Shown in pieces: positions 13,473-26,374 of a DNA stretch of 64,000 bases. The stretch comes from Leucoraja ocellata. Lineage: Eukaryota. The notes below the pieces were generated by a model. The model was not told the origin of the DNA and made no database searches. It saw only the letters and a program-made list of their open reading frames with translations. Every line of letters starts with the position of its first letter. Within the stretch, counting starts at the first letter, position 1. A program made the position numbers and the translations under genes. The stretch is taken from the NCBI GenBank assembly GCA_036785375.1, contig JAWMAR010000049.1, positions 7,192,001-7,256,000 of the forward strand. The letters are read 5' to 3'.

Positions 13473-13974
13473 AGGGGCTGTCCCACTTGGGCGACCTAAT
13501 CCGTGAGTTCTGGCCAGTTTGCCCTCGACTCAAACCCGCAGCATGATCGACACGAGGTCGTAGGAGGTCTTTGTAACTCTCCTTCATGCTCGAGAGTAGT
13601 CCCCGTGTACCCGAGGCCTCAGCTACGTTGCGCCGTATTTTTCAACATGCTGAAAACTGCCCGCGAATAAAACAAAGGTTGCCATGGAAAAAAATCAGTG
13701 CTTTTTTTACTCGTAGGTTTAGTCGTAGTAGATCGGCATGTTAGTCGTAGGTAATCGAGGGTAGTCGAAGGTAGTCGTAGATAGTCTTCATCATCGTTGA
13801 AGGGAGATCGAAGGAGGTCGTCTTCACTCTCCACTATTCGTTGCCCAATTTTCCCGAAGTTAGTCGTAGCTAGTCTTCACCATAGTCGAAGGAGGTCTTC
13901 AACATGACATTTTTTCAAACTCTCCTAAATTCTTCTTAACTTGCCAATTAGGTTGCCCAAGTGGGACAGCCCCT
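13473..13974. mobile_element. PIF/Harbinger-type MITE inserted in a minus-strand V-SINE
   Basis: About 28-bp TIRs AGGGGCTGTCCCACTTGGGCRACCTAAT; flanks TAA and TTA; internal GTCGTAG/GTCGAAGG repeats. Confidence 0.8.
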
Positions 13975-14594
13975 TTAGGATCGAACCCGGGTCTCTATTG
14001 GTGCACCATTCTTGCGTCCCTTTCTCATCCATTTTTCTCAAAGATTAATTACACAGTTCAAGTGCAATTTTCATGATGGCTCAGTGAGTGGGCAAAGGTT
14101 CAACCCAGTGCAGAACACGACCACACAAAAAAATTAATAATCCAAGACAGGTGCAATAATGAATGCAACAAAATTGAGCCTGGGGATAGTTAATCTAAAA
14201 ATTCTTCCCCGTTTCTGATCATCAGACGTTCCTAACAGAATATGTGTGAAAACAAAATGGTGAAATCCTTCGACCACTTATCCCATTTTCTGTAAAAACA
14301 CTTGCTGATATTCACTAGGTAACGTATCACAGAACACCAAGCACTTGTGAACAATGGCCCATATTCTGCAATCCACAAAGGAATTATTCAATACAATTAC
14401 AACTGACAGCAGCTTTTGTGCAAACTTTTCAGTGTCAACATATGATTCCAGCAATAATTTTTTTTTTTTTTTTTTTTTAAGTGATCAAGGTCTAAACAAA
14501 TGTCAAAATCATGAACGGTAAATTCTCAATATTTAAAAAAAAGGTTTGTCAACAATTAGCAGTTAAAACAAAGATCATCCGTGTGTGCACAGCT

Positions 14595-15200
14595 TTAGAC
14601 TTGAGATACAGCGCGGAAACAAGCCCATCGGCCCACCGAGTCTGCGCAGACCAATGATCCCCGTGCACTAGCATTAGGGCCAATTTACAATTTCAGAAGC
14701 CAAATTAATCTACAAACCTGTACATCTATGGAGTGTGGGAGGAAACCGGAGAAACTGGAGAAACCCCACGCGGTCACATAGAGAACGTACAAACTCCGTA
14801 CAGACAGCATCCGTAGCCAGGATTGAACCTGGGACCCCGGCGCTGTGAGGCACCACTGTGTCACCCCCTAACTGTGCGTTTATTTTGTTTAGAGATACAG
14901 CGTGGAAGCAGGCCCTTCGGCCCACCAAGTGCATGCAGACTGTCAGACACCCATTGACATTAGTTCTACGTTATCCCACTTTTGCGTCCACTCCCTTCAC
15001 ACTTGGGACAAAATACATTTGCCAATTAATCTACAAACAAGCATATTTTTGAGACTCAAGAGGAAACCGGAGCACCTGCTGGAAAGCTACGCAGTCACGG
15101 GGAGCACGTGCCAAATCCACACAGACAACATCCAGGGTCAGGATGGAACAAGTGTCTCAGGCGTTGTGAGCGTCTACCAGCTGCATCACTGTGCCTGCCA
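14595..15200 (-). mobile_element. Two adjacent V-SINE copies
   Basis: Two reversed tail / V-domain / tRNA-head units (about 14595-14866 and 14885-15200). Confidence 0.8.
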
Positions 15201-16529
15201 CATTGAGGAAAGGACAGCATTGCCACTTCATTTCAGACATTTCAGTCCCCAGCCCAGCAGGAAAACACCATCGGAGCACAGCAAGGTAAATTGAACCAAA
15301 AGTACCAGGTTTCCACATTTACAGACTACAGAATTTACTACTGGCTCATTTAGTCCAGGACAGAGTTTACTGATGGTCACCATTGTTCTTTAAGTGCTAC
15401 GGGAAACAGCATTTCCTCCCAAATTTGGAAGCAGAGAAGAAAACTGAGGTTGGAAAAGGAAGAACTCTGGGGGCATTGATTTGGGAACGACACAGACAAC
15501 ACATTAATTTTACTCAAGACAAAGCAGGTTAACCGCTTAAGCTGGGATGGTTGTGGAACCAAGTTCTGGCAAATGCGCTTAGTCCAGATGGGCAGCATGA
15601 ATCTGGTGGGCTGAAGGGCCTCATTTTCAGCTAGATGATTATGACATAACTCGGTTTTGTCAAGACAATCTCAAATATAAGGAACCAATTACATCGTCAA
15701 CTTACACCATTGCCGAGAAATCATGACACAGAGTTCTACTGAATCAATATTCATGCTCTGGAGGTTGAATTCAAAATAGATTTTCTGCCTGAATCAAGTT
15801 CACACTAAGAATGGCCTGCAGATAAAAGGCTAATTGTCTTCAGGGAGACAATAGACAGTAGAGAAAGGTCCATTGATCACATTTGGCCCAAAAGTAGCTG
15901 GACTTAACGAAAAGAATTTGAGTATAAATAGATTACGATATCAGAATGTTGGAGTAACTAAGCGGGACAGGCTTGAGAGAAGGAATGGGTGACGTTTCAG
16001 GTCGAGACCCTTCTTCGCACCCAATACCCTACCAATAAGCCTGCTTCAGTTGACGCCATTGTTATTGGGTCAGTATATTACGTATGTATTACAAGATTTT
16101 TTTACAAGGATATGATAAGCCCCATACCAGCCATTGGAGCATAATTTAGGTCAGCGCTCCAACAAATGAATGCCACTTTGTCTACTGCTGTGTTTCAGAC
16201 AGACAGTATGTTTAAACAAGCTTTTGTTTGTTCAGGTAGATGATAATTATGATGGGGAACGGCATTCTCTCATTGTCTTGGCTAGATTCCTGCTTCCATT
16301 ATCCCTCAATAAAAAAAATCAGATTGTTTGAAAAGGGAGTCTTGGCAAACAGAGATGGTCGTGTTTGCTTCAAGAGCAGTTGATGCATTTCCTTCTTATC
16401 ACCGAGCCAGTTTTGAATCCAACTTATCATTGCTCCTTGATCTTGTAATTATCTGACCAATCTGCTGGGGAAACTTATCAAGGCCTTGCTAACATCCATG
16501 TTATCTCACCAAAATATTCAAATCAAGCT

Positions 16530-16870
16530 GAATAGAGTGGATGTTTCCACCAATGAGAGAGGCTAGCAGTAGAGGCTATAGCCTATGAAAAAAAAGGATG
16601 TACCTTTAGGAAGGAGATGAGGAGGAGGAATTTATTTCGTTAGAGGGTGGTGAATCTGCGGAATTCGTTGCCATAGAAGGCTGTGGAGGCCACGCCAATG
16701 GATATTTTTAAGAGATAGATTCTTGATTAGTGTGGAGTGTCAGGGGTTATGGGGAGAAGGCAGGTGAATGGGGTTAGGAGAGAGAGAGATAGATCAGACA
16801 TGATTGAATGGCAGAGTAGATTTGATGGGTCAAATGGCCCAAATCTGCTTCTATCACTCATGAACCCATG
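16530..16870 (+). mobile_element. CR1 LINE 3' fragment
   Basis: AGGGTGGTGAATCTGCGGAATTC core and CR1 3' UTR. Confidence 0.8.
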
Positions 16871-17261
16871 AAGAGGATCAGACACATGTGGCAAACACAT
16901 TCATCATGTTTGCAAATCCATGCTGATCAGTCTCAATAGACCTTTTGTGAGTCATCATCTCATAAATACTTGTCTTTAATTGATTAAATTCCTTTCCCAT
17001 TATTATTTCCTTCAGGTTTTGTTCTGACTCATTTTACACCACTAAATCAGCCCGATACCCTTTACAAAGATTAATATTAACATGAATATTTCAGTCCTTG
17101 AATTCCAGTACACAAACTCTCTAAAGATGGTGACCACGACATGACAGATATTTGCAGCTACTGCGTGAAGCTCTAATTTACAGTGCACCTCAAGGATTCT
17201 TCGGTTTCTTCAGCCAAACAACGATGAGCTTTAGAAAATCCGATGAACGTATATACTGGTG

Positions 17262-17447
17262 TAATACAAGGAACCGCAGATGCTGGCTTACACCAAAAAA
17301 AAGCAAAGTGCTGGAGTAAGCGGGCCAGGCATCATCTCTGGAGGACATGGATAGGCGACGTTACAATCAGAAAACAGGTGCCGACATGAAACGTTGCCTA
17401 ACCATGTTCTCCAAAGATGCTGCCTGACCTGCTGAGTTACTCCGGCA
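17262..17447. mobile_element. Degenerate Penelope-derived fold-back element
   Basis: TGCTGGAGTAA...CATCTCTGGAG arm followed by its imperfect reverse complement. Confidence 0.7.
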
Positions 17448-18185
17448 TATGGTGTAACACAGTACTCCAAAATTTCAAGAGTCCTGGGAACAGAACCAAG
17501 AGGCTATTAACTCAATGAATTCAAAAAGTAAACAAGAGTGTTGATGATTCAACTACCCTCTGAACATTTTCTTTGTAACCATCAAGTTATTCATCTTGCT
17601 CTCAACTGTCAATATTTACTACCTCCATATCTTCACTTTATAGACAAAGTACAAGGACATAGGCACCTCTTTGCTGAGTGGCCCCACCTCACACTTGCAT
17701 TAGCTGCGTGTTTATTTCTGAATATTTTCCATATGGGTTGCTTTACCCACACTCAACCGAGTTTTTCATTGGATTGAATTTTCTGAAGGGTAACGAATTG
17801 TATTTGACCCTGTGAAATGCGCCCTAGAATATTTTTAATATAACAAAGTTTACAGGTTAATAGATATCTCGGAGGGGAAAAACAGATCTGGGTACTAGTG
17901 CGACAGGGCAAGCAAGTGCTTGAACATGGCAAGCAACGGAACTTTATCAAACAGGCTGAAGGAAAGCGTCTGAAATTAAGAGCAATATCTCTTGGAGAAT
18001 CAAGTGCACTATAGAAGAGAATTCAATATTAAAAAAGGGTTGGGAAGGAACAATAAAATTGAAAAATAATTGTAAAAATTAAAATGTGTAGGAAGGAAAT
18101 GTTTGCACCAAAGATAGACCCAACATGCTGGAGTAACTCAGCGGGTCAGGCAGCATCGCAGGAGAAAAGGAAAAGGAATATGTCC

Positions 18186-18881
18186 TAGTACACCAGTCAC
18201 TGAAAGTAACCATCGGGTACAACAAGCAGTGAAGAAAGCTAATGGCATGTTGGCCTTCATAACAAGAGGAGTTGCGTATAGGAGCAAAGAGGTCCTTCTG
18301 CAGTTGTACAGGGCCCTTGTGGGACCACACATGGAGTATTGTGCGCAGTTTTGGTCTCCTAATTTGAGGAAGGACATTCTTGCTATTGAGGAAATGCAGC
18401 GTAGGCTCACGAGGTTAATTCCCGGGATGGCTGGACTGTCATGTAATGAAAGAATGGAGCGACTGGGCTTGTTTTCACTGGAATTTAGAAGGATGAGAGG
18501 GGATTTTATAGAAACATATAAAATTATTAAGGGATTGGATATGCTGGATGCAGGAAACATGTTCCAGATGTTGGGGGAGTCCAGAATCCGGGGCCATAGT
18601 TTAAGAATAAGGGGTAGGCCATTTAGAACTGAGATGAGGAACAAAAAATTCACACAGAGAGTTGTGAATTTGTGGAATACTCTGCCGCAGAAGGCAGTGG
18701 AGACAGATTCACTGGACGCATTCAAAAGAGTTGGATGGAGCTCTTCGGGCTAGCGGAATGAAGGGTATGGGGAGAAGGCAGGAACGGGGTACTGATCGTG
18801 GATGGTCAGCCATGATCACATTGAATGGCGGTGCTGGCTCGAAGGGCCGAATGGCCTACTCCTGCACCTATTGTCTATGTA
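18186..18881 (+). mobile_element. CR1 ORF2 3' fragment inserted in a Penelope-derived element (about 18085-19005)
   Basis: ORF 18229..18753 KKANGMLAFITRG...LYRALVGPHMEYCAQFWSP...RGHSLRIRG; PLE pseudo-LTR sequence resumes on both sides. Confidence 0.92.
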
Positions 18882-19139
18882 CCTAGGAGACCCTTCTTCA
18901 GACTGAGAGTCAGGGGAGAGGGAAACGAGAGGTATAAAAAGGTACAGAATGAATCAGAGCCGGCACCGATGACTCAGTAAAGGTGGAGCCCGCAATGGCC
19001 CATTGGGTTTATTTAAAAAAATATGAATCATTGACAAAACATGAATGAATGGTATGCCACCCTTATAGTAATTTACTTACAAGAGTGACTGATTGGAAAC
19101 AATTACCATTTGACACATTATGTGACGAGTCCGGGAATG

Positions 19140-19432
19140 TTTAGAGATACAACATGGGACAGGCTCTTTGACCCACTGAATCCATGCCAACCATCATTCA
19201 CTTGTTCACCCTAGTTCCATCTTATCCCACTTTCTCATCCACTCCTTACACACTAGGGGCAATTTATAGAGTACAATTAACCCACACGTCACATAGGAGA
19301 CCGAGACACCCGTTGGAAACACACGTGGTCACAGGGAGAATGGGCAAACTCCACACAGACAGCACTCAAGGTCAAGATCAAACCCGGGTCTCTGGTGCTG
19401 TGAGGCAGCAGCTCTACCAGCTGTACCCACTG
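19140..19432 (-). mobile_element. Diverged V-SINE
   Basis: Reversed tail, V-domain and tRNA-like head. Confidence 0.7.
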
Positions 19433-21499
19433 TAGTGAGAACAATTAAATCTGTCGCAAATTTAATTTGTTTCTGCTGTAGAGATGAAACAACTTTATGG
19501 TATTGATCTCAAAAGAGAGTCAAATGGGATACTGTTTTTGTAAAATTAATTAATAACAAGCGGAGCAATCATGACAGTGACCTTTTGATATTAAGCTTGC
19601 ACCCTGCTGATGGTTGCTTAAGCATTTTGCTTTACAATGGAGGTGGCATTGGACTTGGCATTATTTTGGCAGGAAAAGTTGAGCATAATTTTCTTCATCG
19701 CTTTCACTGGGATTTTCCAAATTTGTAAGTTAACCGGCCTCTGTAAATTGCCCCTAGTGTGGACGTGAAAGTGGAAGAAAATAGAGCTAGTGTGAATGGG
19801 TAGGTCGGCGTGGACACAGTGGGCCAAAGGACCTGTTTCCTTGCTGTATCTTTAAACTAAAACTAATCCTTAATCAGCTCTCGAAGTGATGGCTTGCTGC
19901 CATTTCAGAGGGTGCTTGAGATTCAACCACTTTGAGGGATCTGGATTCACATAGGACAAATCAGGCAAGCCCAGTGGATTGGCCTGATTTGGACATTGGC
20001 AAGGCAGATAGATTTCTAAGATAATCATGAAGTTTCACAATCGTCTTAACTGCGATTAGTCTTTAAACATTCCAGAGCTAATATAATTACTTGAATTGCA
20101 TTGCTGGACTATAGTCTCATCCCTCTGGATTAATAATGCAGGTCTTTAGATATTAAACTAGCAACTTAACCACTGTGCTGCTGTGATGATCAAGAGTTTG
20201 CGATCAGTACAGCAACCATCCCTGACTATCTCCTTTCAAGTCACAAGTACCGATCATCATCCAAAGAATCTGGTCCAATTTATATTCATTAATTTCTTCA
20301 CTTCATTTCTTTCCGATAAGTGAATAAACAGCACCATATTTTTCAGATGGCAGATGTTGTTTATAATAGTGCTCTAGTTGACAAACAATGCATCATCCCA
20401 TGGTCAAGAAAGGAAGCAAAAGAGGATATAAAACTGTGGGAAAGAGCGTATAAACCCACTAATGTGTAGTGGGGAACTGCAGAAACTGGTTCACACAGAA
20501 GATAGACACAAACTACCGTCTCCGCTTCTACTATTTGAAACCTTCCCTTCTTCAGAAGGGTCTCGACACAAAACTTCACCCATTCCTTCTATCCAGAGAT
20601 GCTGCCTGGGTCGCTGAGTTACTCCAGCATTGTGTAAACCCACTCATAGTCTTGATTCTGGAGATTGCAAAACTTAAAGGAAGGTAAAAGATATTAAGAT
20701 TTACTAAAGAGGGAAATTAAAAGGGAAGTGTTTTATTAAAACAATAAATGTTAAGCACGTGGGCCTTTCCAAAGTAGCTATACATTATATTACAAATCAA
20801 AATAAGGAGTAGCACTGGTAAATAAGTACTTTGTTACGACAAGAGGATTGTAATGGCAATTTCTTAACTTTCCAATGTCCAACTTTTAATTGCCATTACT
20901 ATTCGGGGATGTAATCGAGATATAGTCTATGCACTTGCCGATAGCAAAAATGAATCTTCCAGTCGTTGTTTCTTGATTAATTGGTCTTTTATTGAAGTGA
21001 TACAAAACAAAGAAATAATTCATAGAACTTTTCGTTCTTACTGTTTCATCCTTGTCCTGTAGAGTCGTGCGAGAGTGTGGCGTCTTGTGTGAGTAGTAAA
21101 AAATTGTTGTCTCCACCATCCCTTGAGGCTAAACTGAATCCCAATCTCTGTGGCTATGCCAGCCTCCTCAGATGTAGACACGCCCTACTACATATCAAAT
21201 CCCACCCACAAGCATACCAAAAAAGATTAAACTAGAAATATCTAGATATGGCTATAATATATTAACTTATGCATAAATGGCTCATAATTGAAAGTTAGCA
21301 GACCACTATTGTGCCTTGATAAACCCTAAGGCTGCACCAGTTTAAATGCCAATACTTTTTAAATGAAAGGAGGTTGCCGCCTCTCTCACCCTTACATGAT
21401 GCAAGGTCCAGATATCCCCAAAAATTCCTTCAAAATTCCTTTGACAATAGCAGAGGAGTTTATTGAGTACAGGCTGGACTAACAAAACACTCTCCTTTC

Positions 21500-22240
21500 C
21501 AGTATTCCAGCCCACTGATACCATCACACAATCTATAGCCCATTTTGTTCACTATTAACCACAATACCAATCTTTGTATCATTTCCAAACCTTTTAAATC
21601 AGACCCTTGAGCTTGTACCTCAATCATTAATGTACAGCTAAAAATCAAGGAAGCTAGTCTGAGCCCTGCAAAACCATTCTGGAAACAGCTTCCAATGGCT
21701 ATCAAAAATGCAAACGCTTGATGGTTCAATGGTACTTCTTTGTCATGTGTACCAAAGTACAGTGAAATTCCCTTTTTTTGCATACAGTTCAGTAACAATA
21801 TTACTACACTTTAGACGTAATCACACTCAAGTACAAGAGATTAAGATAGTAAATTACAAGAGTCGCCACATTTCTGGCACCATCCTTTACCCTTCAAGAC
21901 TAATCGACCGTCACCTTTTGCTTCTTCACTGGACTCCTTGGAATGAAGTGTTCATCACTGAGGATTGCTCAACGTCATTGGTGTCCAAGTTGCTTTTGTT
22001 TCTGCAACCATTAATACTGGCTTGCTAATTTTCTGCTTAAGTTTTTCACATTTATTCTTATCTCTTCTGAATAGGTTCTCAGACATCTGTCGACTTCTTC
22101 ACAAAATTGGTCTCAATCCTACTATGTGGCAACCCATTTGATCGCAGCAGGTCACACCTCCCACATAGTGTGTCCCATTGTCCCTGGGACTCTAAAGCCT
22201 CCGTTCTGCATCACTGTTCTAGTCATCCGTAATAATCGAT
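21500..22240 (-). mobile_element. Ancient, highly decayed CR1 remnants (ORF1 esterase-like and RT pieces)
   Basis: With frameshifts, about 22130-22230 reads like EGFR..G.WD...GRCDL...GLH (CR1 ORF1 SGNH-like), and about 21540-21600 reads like KF.NDTKIGIVVNSE (RT FADDTK region). Confidence 0.5.
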
Positions 22241-22329
22241 CAAGGATTACATTACACAGCAGATTATGTAGGAAAACAAAGAAAAATAACTTTCAAGATA
22301 GAAATGGCTGGAAGCTCACTCTGTTTCCG

Positions 22330-23330
22330 TCCCTGTACTTACAGAGGTAGACAAAGAAGTTGGCTCAAGCCATTGCTTCTCAAAGTCCTCTTGATTTGGA
22401 AAATAACTCATAGGAAAACTGCAAATGCAATTCCATCCTTTAAGAAAATGGACAGAGGCCAGGAAAATATTGACTTGTTAGCCTAGCGGGAAGTCTTTTG
22501 CGGGAAGTTTTTTAGAAAGGATAATTATGAACAAAATGACTGAGCATTTGGAGAAACACAAGTAGGTTAGAAAACCAACGTAAAGGTTGGAGCATGGTTA
22601 ACAATCCGAACTGAATCTTACGTTTTGGGATATAGTTGAAAATGGCCTTCAATAATGTTCCACACAAACTAACTGGGAACTTAAATTGAAGCTTAAGCAA
22701 CTGAATTAATTGCTGCTAGTTAGAAGATTATTTAGACATTAATAATGGGGATAATGGCTACATACATAGATAGTGACTATTAATATTACACAGGATCAAT
22801 GTTGGCCCCTCAGTTTTTCACGATAGTTTATGATATTACGCGAGAGCGTGATGCTAAAATATACTGGACCACATTTTTGGATAAAACCTCAAATCCCTGA
22901 TTACAATACAATAAATTTTATTTGTCGTTTGTCATTTATTTGTCATTTTATTTGTCAATACAATTTCATATTTAAATGAAATGTTGTTTCATTTAATCCC
23001 TGATTAAACTATACTTAAGTATGGTATGCAGTTCTTTGCATGCATTAGAGAAAGGTATATTTGTCTTTGATGGAATACAATGCACATTCATCGTAATTTT
23101 TAAGTGTCATATTGTAATGTCACAGTATATAACTGAAATCACGCCACATGGAATAAAGATAAATGGAGGATTTGATTCTTAGGATTTTTGACGGAATAGA
23201 TAGGGCAGGGAGACAAAAGTTTTCTCGACTGGTGAGAGAGAAAGAGTCATCTAAGACAAGTGGGATGTCATGTTTAAATCAGAACCAGGCCATTCATGAG
23301 TGGTGACATAAATGCCAGAAATTGGAGACC
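22330..23330 (+). mobile_element. Ancient CR1 ORF2 remnant
   Basis: Decayed ANAIPSFKK..R.QEN...VSL...GKFLERII, QGSMLAPQFF and ILDH...YGMQF motifs with many stops. Confidence 0.6.
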
Positions 23331-23359
23331 ATCTCCTCCACAAAATACCACTAATGCCC

Positions 23360-23845
23360 AGAAATGCCATACAGCCCAAAGAGTGCCCAAACCATCAAAC
23401 AAACCAACCTCTCTTCTATTGACTCCATTTATACCTCACGCTGCCTCAGTAAGTCCAGCAGCATAATATAGGAAGTCGCACCCTGGCCACTTCCTCTTTT
23501 CCCCACTCCCATCAGGCAAAAGGTATAGAAGAGTGAAAACCCACACCTTCAGATTCAGGGACAGTTTCTTCCCAGCTGTTATCAGGCAACTGAATCATCC
23601 CACCACAATGAGAGAGCAGAGCTAAACTACTATCTACCTCTTTGGTGACCCTCAGACTATCCTTGATCGGATGTGGACCTTACACTAAACGTTATTCCCT
23701 TATCATGTCTGTATACACTGTAAATGGCTTGATTGTAATCATGCACCATCTTTCGGCTGACTGAACACGCAACAAAATTTTAAAAAAATAGAAAAGCTTT
23801 TCACTGTATCTCGGTACACGTGACAATAAACTCAACTGAGACAGA
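23360..23845 (+). mobile_element. Rex1/Babar-like LINE 3' end
   Basis: LPSGKRYRRVKTHTFRFRDSFFPAVIRQLN motif; tail CACTGTATCTCGGTACACGTGACAATAAA. Confidence 0.75.
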
Positions 23846-24060
23846 AACAGAGACTGAACCGTCCAGTGACCACCCGTACACTAGTTCTATCCTACACACG
23901 AGTGACAAATTACCAATTAATCTAAAACCTGCGTATCTTTGGAATGTGGGAGGAAACCAAAGCACCTGGAGTAAACCCACATAGGTCACGGGGAGAACGT
24001 CCAAACTACATACAGAGAGCAACCGTAGTCAGGATCGAATCCGGGTCTTTGGCGCTGTAA

Positions 24061-24416
24061 TGGGCCTGTCCCACTTAGGCGATTTTTTAGGCGACAGCCA
24101 GCGAATACGACAATGGAATTCACCGAAGTCAGCACCGGCGACAACCTACGCCTCCTGGCGACAACCTATGACATCCTGGCGACAACCTTCGTGAAGCTGG
24201 CGACAACCTACGACAGCACCTATGTCGAGCTACGCTCATTGGCCTCAAACCACAGTTGCCACTGTTGCCGAAAATTTCTCAACATGTTGAAAATCCAGCA
24301 GCGACCAGAAAGACGCCAGGACGCTTTGGGCGACTGAGGAGACTACTCACGACCACACAGGCCACACCCCGGCTCCTGCAGTAGCCTAAACAAATCGCCT
24401 AAGTGGAACAGGCACA
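24061..24416. mobile_element. PIF/Harbinger-type MITE with exact TAA TSD inside a V-SINE head
   Basis: 25-bp TIRs TGGGCCTGTCCCACTTAGGCGATTT (2 mismatches); TAA at 24058-60 and 24417-19; removing it restores the SINE sequence GGCGCTGTAAGGCAGC. Confidence 0.88.
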
Positions 24417-26151
24417 TAAGGCAGCAACTCGACCTCTGCTCCACTGTGCTGCCCTAAATCAGCTAAATTCTTTCAGGAGATAGCCTTGTCTTTTACCAAA
24501 CTTAGATGTCTGTCGCTGGAAATGATCTAAGAGTCTTGTTGCTACTATTTTAAGATCACCATCTAATTGACTCATTGAACTACTCTGATTTTGAACTACT
24601 CATTTTGTAGATAACTGCATTTAACTCAAACTTTAATGTAGTGACCAGAACTATACTTGGTTCTCCAAATGTGGCTTAATTAGCGTTTCATGCAGCTTAA
24701 TACGCCCTCCCTAATCTTTTTGTACGTCTCTGCTTTCAAAAGAACGTTTCTAACAGACTTCGTTCAGTCTGAAGAAGGGTTTTGGCCCAAAACATTGCCT
24801 ATTTCCTTCACTCCATAGATGCTGCTGCACCCGCTGAGTTTCTCCAGCATTTTTGTGTACCTTAAAGTTTCTAACAACCCTTGTTATGCCAAATTGCCAA
24901 TGCCAAATACATTACCTTATACTCTGCCAAAGTATATTCCTTTTGCCTCTTTCTTGTCCACCTTACTAATGGCTTTATATTACAAAGAATTATAAGGACA
25001 TCGAGTGATAAAATGTTAGTTAATTGACTGCTCTTTCAAATGGATCCAAGCTGTAGGCAGTTATACTGATCTTCAAAATTTGAGTTACCATTATCTTGAG
25101 ATATTGGTGCTTTTCTTGGTGCAAAAACGTTAAATGGTCTACAAATGGAATTAAAGCTCTACTAGGAGATAGAAAGGAATTGGCTTAAAGTCAGAATATA
25201 GTGGTGAATGATTGTACTTCCAAATTGGATTACAGCAAATAGAAATGTTCCATAAAGACTGATATCGGGTCCACTGCTTTTAGCTGAAATGTTTAAAAAA
25301 AATAGGCTTGAGTTGTCACAGTAAAATTTCCAAATGGCACAATGTTTGGAAGTAATACAAATAGTAAAAAAGACAGCAGGGAGAAAGTTCTAGGCTAGTA
25401 GAATTGACAGGCACTATACACAGTAAATGGCTCGTTAGTGATCACATTTAATATCTTTCCGCTGACTGAATAGCACACAACAAAAGCTTTTCACTGTACC
25501 TCAGTACACGTGACAATAAACTAAACTGTAAACACATGGCAGATGAAATTTAATACTGGGAAATGTGAAGTGTTGCACGTAGGAAGAAAGATCAGGGGAG
25601 GCAAAATAAACCAAATGGTACAATTCTAACAAGATGTGTGTGGACGGAGGCATTGTGTGCGAATATGCACAAATCCGAAAAAGAGGAAGGGCAGTTTGAG
25701 TGAGTGCTCATTAAGCGTTGCTGATTCTTAGGATTCATACATTGAAATGTTACATTGAACCTACATTAAACACCCAATATGTACACCATTGAATAATGGT
25801 ATAAAGAACTGATTGAGGTTACGGAAATGATCTACTAGAATGGTTTTGGGGCTGAATGATTATAGATAAAGGGTTAAAATTGCAAAGATGTGGTTGTTCT
25901 TCTCGGAAAAAAAAAATCAAGAGGACACTGATAGAGGTGTACAAGATCATAACTGGATTAGACACGGCTAAACAAATGTAAACCGTTTCTAAATGCAGAT
26001 GCCCAAGGGACCAAAGATTTTAAATTTTGGGCAACATTTTCAAAGGTTGGGAAAGTTGGGGAAGGGGGAGTTACTGTGATGGATTTTTTTTTTTTTTTTT
26101 TTTAAATTTAAACTTGCCTGCAGGGATTTCTAAAGCAGAACTGGTTCTTTT

Positions 26152-26374
26152 TTGTAGGAAAGAACTGCAGATGCTGGTTTAAATCAAAGGGAGACACAAA
26201 ATGCTGGAGTAACTCAGCGGGACAGGCAGCATCTCTGGAGAGAAGGAATGGGTTACGTTTTAGGTCGAGACACTTCAGTCTGAAGAAGGGTCTCGACCCA
26301 AAGCGTCACCCATTCCTGCTCTCCAGAGATGCTGCCTGCCCTGCGGAGTTACTCCAGCGTTGTGTGTCTACCCG
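26152..26374. mobile_element. Penelope-derived fold-back element
   Basis: About 90-nt inverted arms around CTTCAGTCTGAAG; 9-bp flanking repeat GGTTCTTTT. Confidence 0.8.

Noticed and set aside
20886-21798. Possible nested gene in intron 1
   Set aside because: Short ORFs without consistent splice sites; part of the region reads as decayed CR1 RT.
24130-24230. Regularly spaced GCGACAACCT repeats, superficially CRISPR-like
   Set aside because: Short internal repeats of a TIR element in a vertebrate genome; no unique spacers or cas genes.
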